The position numbers and the translations under genes are program-made. From the NCBI GenBank assembly GCA_051532035.1, contig JAOPTW010000044.1, positions 1 to 24,828 of the forward strand: a stretch of 24,828 nt of DNA. The letters are read 5' to 3'. Position 1 is the first letter of the stretch; each line of letters begins with the position of its first letter. This stretch comes from Fibrobacterales bacterium (GTDB lineage Bacteria; Fibrobacterota; Fibrobacteria; Fibrobacterales; JAOPTW01). Below, piece by piece: positions 1 through 6,406 of this stretch. Under the pieces are notes generated by a model that saw nothing but the letters and a program-made list of their open reading frames with translations, was not told the origin of the DNA and ran no database searches.

Positions 1-96
1 CACAAACAACCCTCATTCAGAAACCCAGAACTAAGTTGACAAACCGCCTTTGAGACAATAGCCCTCTATACTGTCTTTATAACCACCCCCCAAAAA

Positions 97-376
97 TCAC
101 CCAGCCCGCTTCTTCCGATTCAAATACTGTTTCCTACCATAGTCACTATTAAACTGTTTGCGGGTGCTCGGGGCGTTACTAAAGGCGATGTCGGCCCAGT
201 CCGTATATCTTTAATGGGGTCTCTCAGTAGATTTATGATCTTGTCGCGAATGGCTTTCTACTCTTTCATCTGTGTGTGGGCAAAATAAACGGTGGCCTGG
301 AGGCTTGAGAGCTCGTTGACGAGCGGTGATGTCCATTCCAAACTTCTGTAAATAAGTACCTGAGTACTCCTCCGGA
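97..376 (-). pseudogene. Degraded 3' fragment of a paralog of the 19845-20726 hypothetical protein
   Basis: Manual minus-strand translation gives PLVNELSSLQATVYFAHTQMKE*KAIRDKIINLLRDPIKDI(R, frameshift ~202)DWADIAFSNAPSTRKQFNSDYGRKQYLNRKKRAG* (stop 99-97). It aligns without gaps to ELGHSLSKLKA...IRNAAVALLRDSISELQDF...RTIFFSSFYRG of the 19845 ORF (19/66 identities by hand). In-frame TAG at 260-258; the upstream limit is approximate. Confidence 0.7.
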
Positions 377-519
377 AATGGTGTGTATAAGTCAAGGGGA
401 ATTATGGGGTGGTCGGTATAATACCGTTATTTGTTATTATCTATTGGGAAATGGTTTATTCAATTGGAATGAGTGATCAGAAGTGGGGAAGGGTGCTGGA
501 TTATTTGGAAATTGCTAGA

Positions 520-563
520 TTATTTGTCATAAACCAACCTTCTGTATAATAAGAGTTATGTGC
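520..563 (+). promoter_or_regulatory. Candidate attI-like site (crossover G555|TT) with overlapping sigma70-like cassette promoter
   Basis: GTTATGTGC (555-563) is the exact reverse complement of GCACATAAC (1004-1012) at the end of cassette 1, and it is not preceded by the attC right arm (CTCAACTCAACC). TTGTCA (524-529) and TATAAT (545-550) lie just upstream, with a short 15-nt spacer. Confidence 0.55.
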
Positions 564-570
564 AACCTAT

Positions 571-987
571 ATGAAACATTTTATTATCACACCAAATAAT
601 GGCATTGAACCTATTAAGTTAGGAATGCACAAAAATGATGTTTTAGGATACTTTCCTGAGCTAACCTGTATTGATAATAATAGGCATGAGGCGATTTCGG
701 GATTTTTTATAGATTTTGAAGATGACATCGTGGAATTTATTGAGCTTGCAACAAATGCTGATTTTCAGATATATTATAAAGATTCTCGAATTGATAATAT
801 GCCCGCGAACCAACTCATTGCCCTTCTAGAAACAGATGATCAATATGATAATCCTGGAGTAGAACCTGGCTATAGTTTTGATTTCAAAAAACTTAATGTT
901 TCTTTATGGCGAAGTGGCATCCCTGAATCAGAGGATGATGAAGACGGAAAGTATATCGAAGCAATTGGTGTCGGAGTGAGCATATAG
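571..987 (+). CDS. Cassette 1: acidic hypothetical protein
   Basis: 138-aa ORF that fills the cassette; N-terminal IxPxxGIxPIKLGM-type motif; no function assignable. Confidence 0.8.
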   Translation: MKHFIITPNNGIEPIKLGMHKNDVLGYFPELTCIDNNRHEAISGFFIDFEDDIVEFIELATNADFQIYYKDSRIDNMPANQLIALLETDDQYDNPGVEPGYSFDFKKLNVSLWRSGIPESEDDEDGKYIEAIGVGVSI

Positions 988-1005
988 CACCCGTTTTAGT
1001 GCAGC

Positions 1006-1123
1006 ACATAACAAATCGTTGGAGTCGGCAAGCAAGCAATTTAAAAAATAAATTCACTCGCTATCGCTCAAACAATAATTTATTTTTTAAATCACTTACT
1101 TCCGCTCAACTCAACCGTTATGC
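1006..1123 (+). repeat. attC: attC site 1 (118 bp)
   Basis: R'' ACATAAC, 5-nt spacer AAATC, L'' GTTGGAGT ... AT-rich palindromic middle ... L' GCTCAAC, 6-nt spacer TCAACC, R' GTTATGC. Confidence 0.93.
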
Positions 1124-1135
1124 AATAGACACTGT

Positions 1136-1414
1136 ATGATCAATAAAATATTACCACTATTCCGCAACAATGCCCTACCAAGAGTAGAATTTAGACCATC
1201 AGGAAGATTGTTGGAATTAGTCTATGTAACTAAAGATGCAGAATCAATAATGAGCGGAGAAATGTCAGGATCAAATAAATTTGACATTTTAGCTCACACT
1301 GAAACACTCAAATCATGGTCAAATGGAAATCCGTTAACTGAAGAAGAAAAATCTATAATACTCCGCTCATTTAAATCTTGGGAAAAGAATAGCACCATGA
1401 GAGTCCAATGGTAG
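1136..1414 (+). CDS. Cassette 2: small hypothetical protein, weak resemblance to Imm74-type immunity proteins
   Basis: 92-aa ORF that fills the cassette. The C-terminal W..G.PLTEEEK..I helix is reminiscent of Imm74; the family call is a guess from memory. Confidence 0.65.
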   Translation: MINKILPLFRNNALPRVEFRPSGRLLELVYVTKDAESIMSGEMSGSNKFDILAHTETLKSWSNGNPLTEEEKSIILRSFKSWEKNSTMRVQW

Positions 1415-1432
1415 GGAGACGATATCTACCAT

Positions 1433-1551
1433 GCATAACAAATCGTTGGAGTCGGCAACCTTGCATTTGCCAAAAATATATTAACTCCCTTCGGTCAAAC
1501 AATAATATATTTTAGTCAAACACAAGCTTCCGCTCAACTCAACCGTTATAA
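1433..1551 (+). repeat. attC: attC site 2 (119 bp)
   Basis: GCATAAC-AAATC-GTTGGAGTCGG ... CCGCTCAAC-TCAACC-GTTATAA. Confidence 0.93.
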
Positions 1552-1585
1552 TTTTAGGAAGCAATATCTTAAATTCGAGGAACAC

Positions 1586-2056
1586 ATGAAATTACTTTTT
1601 GCGTTATTATTAATATTTGTTATTGGGTGTGACGACACCTCAACTACTTCGGAGCCAAATTACGATCCAGATTATTTAGATGGAAGTACTTACTTGTATA
1701 TAACTGGTGGAATATTTTCATATGACCCAAATGATTCCGCAAACACATTCTCTCAATCGTTTGATACTGCATATTACGATTTTCATATTGACAGCCTTAT
1801 AATTACAAAATATAGGAGTTTGAGCAGCCCAGACAGTAAGTGTCTCGCTAAAACAATTTCATACTCCTATACCATTTTTAATGATTCTATGACGGTTAAT
1901 AGCAATTACCATAGGTATAGAAACTATTGTGATTCAGAGTTCATTGAGGACTATGCAATTCCAAATTGGACATTCCATATTGAAAAAATGTCATATGATA
2001 CGATAATTTTTACTGGGTATGAACGTTCAGCTGATACATTGATAAGACAGGAGTAG
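1586..2056 (+). CDS. Cassette 3: predicted lipoprotein
   Basis: 156 aa; GAGG RBS; hydrophobic signal with lipobox VIG-C; beta-rich, aromatic mature part. Confidence 0.85.
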   Translation: MKLLFALLLIFVIGCDDTSTTSEPNYDPDYLDGSTYLYITGGIFSYDPNDSANTFSQSFDTAYYDFHIDSLIITKYRSLSSPDSKCLAKTISYSYTIFNDSMTVNSNYHRYRNYCDSEFIEDYAIPNWTFHIEKMSYDTIIFTGYERSADTLIRQE

Positions 2057-2070
2057 ATCTTCGATAAAAA

Positions 2071-2189
2071 TTATAACAAATCGTTGGAGTCGGCAATCTT
2101 GCATTTGCCAAAAATATATTAACTCCCGTTGGTCAAACAATAATATATTTTAGTCAAACACAAGCTTCCGCTCAACTCAACCGTTAGCC
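2071..2189 (+). repeat. attC: attC site 3 (119 bp)
   Basis: TTATAAC ... GTTAGCC; differs from attC2 at only 3 internal positions. Confidence 0.93.
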
Positions 2190-2200
2190 TTGTACTGTAT

Positions 2201-2620
2201 ATGAAATTCGAAACATCAAGAACCATAACATCTACCCAGTTTTGTGATTTATTAAATAGATCGACACTTGGGGAAAGACGTCCAGTTGACAATAAAAAAA
2301 CTATTGATGCTATGTTAAAGCATGCTGATATTCTTTGCACCGCCTGGGACGACGATGTTTTAATTGGAGTTGCCAGATCTGTTACTGATTTTGAATATTG
2401 TTGTTATTTATCTGATTTAGCTGTAGATGAAAATTATCAACGACTGGGCATTGGTTCTCAATTGATAAACCTAACTCAGCAACAGCTTGGTGAAAATGCA
2501 TCTCTTATTTTATTATCAGCTCCCAAAGCCAAAAAGTATTATCCAAAAATTGGTTTTGAAGAACATAATTCAGCATGGATAATAAAATCGAGGGAACCAT
2601 TAGTTTTCAAAAAAGGCTAA
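2201..2620 (+). CDS. Cassette 4: GNAT family N-acetyltransferase
   Basis: LIGVARSVTD, YLSDLAVDENYQRLGIGSQLI (motif A, Q/RxxGxG) and YYPKIGF. The stop codon TAA lies inside the R'' box, as is typical of cassettes. Confidence 0.92.
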   Translation: MKFETSRTITSTQFCDLLNRSTLGERRPVDNKKTIDAMLKHADILCTAWDDDVLIGVARSVTDFEYCCYLSDLAVDENYQRLGIGSQLINLTQQQLGENASLILLSAPKAKKYYPKIGFEEHNSAWIIKSREPLVFKKG

Positions 2621-2731
2621 CAAATCGTTGGAGTCGGTATTTGCACTTATCTATAAATTAGATATCCGCGGTCCGCTCCATTTTATCTAATTTATAGACA
2701 ACCGCAAATCTGCTCAACTCAACCGTTATTC
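2615..2731 (+). repeat. attC: attC site 4 (117 bp)
   Basis: GGCTAAC-AAATC-GTTGGAGTCGG ... TCTATAAATTAGATA/TATCTAATTTATAGA stem ... CTGCTCAAC-TCAACC-GTTATTC. Confidence 0.92.
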
Positions 2732-2770
2732 GCTACACATCTAATTCATTTAAAAGCTTTTCGTGAAGCC

Positions 2771-3226
2771 ATGAAATATACCATCACAACTAGAAGTAAT
2801 TTAAAAATATTTTTCTACACCTTCATTGGCTGTATTTTATTGTTGTCTTTGTTGTCTGAAAGACCCAATCAATATGCTTTTATTATTGGAATATATGGAA
2901 TTATATTCGCGTTCATTGAAATAATGAAAAAGACTAAAAGTATTTCCTTATCCCAACAATCAATCAAAATTTCTGGCTTCAAAAAAGATACCATCGAACT
3001 ATACTGGGAAAATATTCAAGAATGGTCATTAAAAACAGAATGCAGTCATACAACAAACCTTAAATTTGCTACAACAGCAACAACCTTATATGAATCACTT
3101 GAAATTGCTACAACTTCAGATCAGTTTAGTTTTTGTGCCAGTAAATTTCCTCAGCCAATGATCAATCAATTGATAAAAATTTCACAAGATAACAATATAT
3201 CATTTTCCGTTGGAACCAGCGAATAG
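2771..3226 (+). CDS. Cassette 5: membrane protein, two N-terminal TM helices plus a soluble (possibly bacterial PH-like) domain
   Basis: 151 aa; two hydrophobic segments followed by ISLSQQSIKI...IELYWENIQ. The stop TAG falls in a degenerate R'' (GAATAGC). Confidence 0.75.
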   Translation: MKYTITTRSNLKIFFYTFIGCILLLSLLSERPNQYAFIIGIYGIIFAFIEIMKKTKSISLSQQSIKISGFKKDTIELYWENIQEWSLKTECSHTTNLKFATTATTLYESLEIATTSDQFSFCASKFPQPMINQLIKISQDNNISFSVGTSE

Positions 3227-3292
3227 CAAACAAAAAATGGAATTTTTCCTTTGCTGGTGGTAGGAGTGAGGGTTGTTGATATTGGTATAGGG

Positions 3293-3722
3293 GATCGTTG
3301 CGGATGTGTTGTGTAATGTGCTTCGCACTGTGGGTTCGGACGCAGGACTCTTTATGGGGTTCTGTGTCTGGGCCTTCTTTAATTCATGTGCGGAGCGCGT
3401 ATTGCAGTATGCAGCGCATTCGAAAGGATCAATTACAGCTTGTTGATGTACAGACACATTACAGTCGCGACCATGCATAGCGATACCATACAACGAAGTA
3501 CAGATTACCCCAAACACAACTGAAAGGTTAAAGCTACACCATGTGCATGATGATATTTTATGCTCAGTAATAGAGAAACCAAACAACTCATAGTAGGTAC
3601 AGATCAGCGTAACCTGGTCCAGATGTACAAAGCATTTGTAATGAGGCTTTCTGCAAGAATCCCTTTTGTCCAGCCTTTTGTGGAGACAAAAGATCTGGCC
3701 GAGTCCAGGGTCGGCACCCTGG
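3293..3722 (+). ncRNA. Putative structured RNA/ssDNA core of the repeat (family unrecognised)
   Basis: Nested rod 3293-3430 (stems 3301-3315/3408-3422, 3316-3328/3388-3400, 3333-3350/3357-3374) totals 46 bp, 14 of them G.U, with no A.C. Hairpins 3670-3698 and 3705-3722 show compensatory changes relative to copy 2. Confidence 0.5.
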
Positions 3723-3780
3723 GAATTACATCAAAAAGAAAAAGAAAAAGAAAAAAAGAAAAAGAGAAAAGAGAGAACCT

Positions 3781-4014
3781 CTGTATCAAGCAGGTAACAC
3801 CAATGGTCTGGGTAAGTTACATCATAAGCTTATGGTGATTGATGATGCGGTCACCATCTTTTGGTCGTTCAATTATACGGAACCTGCTAATCGGACTAAT
3901 GATGAGAATATTGTTATTGTGGGTGATGTGTTTGAGGATAATGCGGTTGCGCGGGAGAGGCAGGGGGAGATTGCGCTTAATTGTCGGCGGGAGATCGAGC
4001 GGTTTAGTTCGTAA
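3781..4014 (+). pseudogene. 3' fragment of a phospholipase D-superfamily (HKD, Nuc-like) gene
   Basis: Frame reads LYQAGNTNGLGKLHHKLMVIDDAVTIFWSFNYTEPANRTNDENIVIV..., i.e. HxKxxxxD x6 (G>W)SxN plus N.EN. There is no start codon upstream of the motif, and the frame begins in an A-rich tract. Confidence 0.85.
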
Positions 4015-4048
4015 GGGGTATTCGGTTAGTCCCTTTGTATTGATGTTG

Positions 4049-4079
4049 AGCACCTGTCCTTTGGGATGGGTGCTTTTTT
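4049..4079 (+). terminator. Rho-independent terminator (repeat family, copy 1)
   Basis: AGCACCTGTCC-TTTG-GGATGGGTGCT followed by a T run. Confidence 0.85.
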
Positions 4080-4257
4080 ATTGGGGAATTATAGAGCATA
4101 CAGATAGCAAAGAATGGTGGGTATCATCTTCATGTGATTACTCCATCAATGCTATAAGGACAAAAAAGTCCATGATATAATTGTGGTATGATAAAAACAG
4201 ATAGTGTGGCTTTTACAAGTAGGCTATGTTTTATAGTATATTCCTGAGGAGAACATT

Positions 4258-6255
4258 ATGTATAATCGGTGTATATTGAGAGCGGGACTTTTATTGCTTA
4301 TCCTCTCAACGCTCGTAACCGCTGGCCCTGTAAGTTACTATGGACAAATGGAGGCTAATGGGACTCGGATTTATGGCGCTAAAACCGGTTTAGCTATGCA
4401 GGTTCGTGGTGTCAGTCTGTTCCATAGTAATGATGCTCCCCAATATTGGACTCGCGATATAGTCCATAGACTTATTGATGACTGGAAGATTGAAGTTATC
4501 AGAGCAGCATTCATGACAAGTGATTGGCCAGATAAAAAGTGGATGGTCGAAGAGATTATCAATGCAGCAATTGAAAAAGATGTCTATGTTATTGTCGATT
4601 ATCATGCCTATGACCCACAAGGAGACAAGGCTGCATGGTTTTTTGGAGATTTGGCCAAACAATATGGCGATAATGATCATGTGATATGGGAGGTCTATAA
4701 TGAACCTCTTGATAAATATAACTGGCAAGAGAGTATCAAGCCCCACGTAGAACAGGCGGTTGCGGCTATTCGTGAGCACTCAGATAATCTTATCTTAGCG
4801 GGGACCCGCATCTGGTCTCAAAGGACAGATGAGGCCGCTGCATCACCGGTAGATGATGATAATATTGCCTATGTGATGCATTTTTATGTAGGCTCCCATG
4901 CAAGTTGGGTTAAAAATTATAGTGAAACAGCGATGGGTAAACCCGGAGATGGCGATGCGGTGACTATTCAAAAAAGGGTTCCCATTTTTGCCTCAGAGTG
5001 GGGGTACTGGCCTCCAGGGTCTGATGGTCATTTTCCTTCTGCCGAAAAGTTTAGTCAATCAGGGTATGAGAATTGTAGTGGCGGGCATTGTAGTAATATA
5101 GATATGAGTGGCTATGACTGGCTCAATTTTATGGCGCAAAATCAAATAAATTGGGCGTGTTGGTCGGTAAATAACAAGGCTGAAGGAAGTAGTATGTTTC
5201 ACAATGTCCCTGATAATCCAACAGAGTGGGGGCACTTAATACTTAATCATATAAAGCAGTGGACAGAAAATCAGAGTCCCTGGCGTTTTGCAGTAGAGGT
5301 TGGTCCTTTACAAGAAACCCTTGCACAAACAAAACTCATTGATGACCTTGATGATATCGGTAGTCGAAATTTTTGGAAAGGGGAGTGGAAGACAAGCAGT
5401 GATGCGGCTGATGGTGGTGCAAGTACTATTACTCCTGTTGCTGATGCGGTAGCAGGTACCGACTTGTCGGTTGACCTTTCCTTTGTGAGTAGTATAATGT
5501 GGCAGCATGAACCGTACGGACATGTTTCGCTCTCTCTGAATGATGCAGGAACTGCAATAAGCCTGGAAGGGTGTACAAAGGTTCAGTATGATTACACAGG
5601 GATGGCGCATACTTTTCAGGTGGCTACTACTGGAGTAGAAGCGCGAAATGCTCATCAAACTGAAGTCGCTTCGAGTGAGGAGTGGGCAACAGTAGTGGTT
5701 GATTGGAGTCTATTAAAACAGCCAGGTTGGGTATTAGAACCTTTGGCTATCGATAAACAGGGTGTCACCGGTTTTGTTTGGAAGATGCGCGGGGCAGATG
5801 GCACAACGGGCCGTCTCAGCATAGATAACATTGCCTGCCTTGATGTTACGGCACCTCAAGACAGAGACTATACTGCTGAAGTAGCAGAGATCAGTAGTTC
5901 TGAAGTCGTTGTTACATCTTCATCTCAGAAATCGACATTCTCAAGTGCTGATCACTATTCAGGTCAGGTGAGTTCAAGTTCATTAATAAATGATTATCCA
6001 CCAGGGAGTGAGGTTACCGATTTCACCTATGTACGTTCTAACGCGAGTAAATCTCTTTCACTGGTACATTTAAATGGGAGTGGTTCGTTCGCTATCACCA
6101 TACCGCAGTCTCAGACCTATACAGTGCTATTGTATAGTGTAAGCGGTGTTGAAGTAGCACAAGTTCATGGACAGCATTTTTCAGAAGGTACCCAAGAGGT
6201 TGTTCTTGCACAAAGTATTCCTAAAGGAATATATGTTGTTAAATTAGTGCACTAA
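4258..6255 (+). CDS. Secreted GH5 glycoside hydrolase (endoglucanase, GH5_2-like) with CBM11/CIA30-like module, Ser-rich linker and T9SS-type C-terminal domain
   Basis: GAGGAG RBS; signal peptide; YVIVDYH, WEVYNEP (acid/base Glu), HFY, IFASEWG (nucleophile Glu), WACWS; second domain LIDDLDD...WSLLKQPGW...IDNI; tail ...IPKGIYVVKL. Confidence 0.92.
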   Translation: MYNRCILRAGLLLLILSTLVTAGPVSYYGQMEANGTRIYGAKTGLAMQVRGVSLFHSNDAPQYWTRDIVHRLIDDWKIEVIRAAFMTSDWPDKKWMVEEIINAAIEKDVYVIVDYHAYDPQGDKAAWFFGDLAKQYGDNDHVIWEVYNEPLDKYNWQESIKPHVEQAVAAIREHSDNLILAGTRIWSQRTDEAAASPVDDDNIAYVMHFYVGSHASWVKNYSETAMGKPGDGDAVTIQKRVPIFASEWGYWPPGSDGHFPSAEKFSQSGYENCSGGHCSNIDMSGYDWLNFMAQNQINWACWSVNNKAEGSSMFHNVPDNPTEWGHLILNHIKQWTENQSPWRFAVEVGPLQETLAQTKLIDDLDDIGSRNFWKGEWKTSSDAADGGASTITPVADAVAGTDLSVDLSFVSSIMWQHEPYGHVSLSLNDAGTAISLEGCTKVQYDYTGMAHTFQVATTGVEARNAHQTEVASSEEWATVVVDWSLLKQPGWVLEPLAIDKQGVTGFVWKMRGADGTTGRLSIDNIACLDVTAPQDRDYTAEVAEISSSEVVVTSSSQKSTFSSADHYSGQVSSSSLINDYPPGSEVTDFTYVRSNASKSLSLVHLNGSGSFAITIPQSQTYTVLLYSVSGVEVAQVHGQHFSEGTQEVVLAQSIPKGIYVVKLVH

Positions 6256-6406
6256 ATGGGGTAAGCCATAATCACTATGAAATAGTTCAATACCATTATG
6301 CTCTCAAAATGTGAGCAGTATATTGCATATCGTGACGTAAATTTCTGTAAAAGTGTTTCGTTACTATCTATAATTATGAATGGAGAATACTAACTAGGCA
6401 AGAACA

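Larger units (their letters stand above)
555..3230 (+). mobile_element. Integron gene-cassette array (5 cassettes, no intI in window; CALIN-like)
   Basis: Five short co-oriented ORFs are separated by four homologous attC sites. Each cassette's left GTT core is complementary to its own right AAC core: GTTATGTGC/GCACATAAC, GTTATGCA/TGCATAAC, GTTATAATTTT/AAAATTATAAC, GTTAGCCTT/AAGGCTAAC, GTTATTCGCT/AGCGAATAGC (last one degenerate). Confidence 0.93.
3232..4087 (+). repeat. Copy 1 (5'-truncated) of the structured repeat + PLD tail + terminator module
   Basis: Colinear homology with 22218-23011, from AAAAAATGGAATTTTTCCTTTG to TTTTTTATTGGGGA. Confidence 0.92.

Noticed and set aside
1..554. Integron integrase (intI) upstream of the array
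   Set aside because: No long ORF and no tyrosine-recombinase motifs in the frames I translated; the region is a pseudogene of another family.
2119..2340. 73-aa minus-strand ORF
   Set aside because: Antisense shadow across attC3 and the GNAT gene.
1006..2731. CRISPR array interpretation of the recurring intergenic repeats
   Set aside because: Repeats are ~118 bp, separated by whole genes, and have attC R/L box architecture; no cas genes.
3227..3780. Group IIC-attC intron inserted in attC5
   Set aside because: I found no domain V catalytic hairpin or RT ORF, and the junction does not fit the expected antisense insertion. The internal GTGCG is part of a stem.
3200..4180. ORFs 3200-3586(-), 3298-3480, 3604-3789(-), 3817-4053(-), 3839-4180
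   Set aside because: They overlap the structured repeat or the PLD frame, and I did not find them preserved as equivalent ORFs in copy 2; synonymous-change bias supports only the PLD frame.
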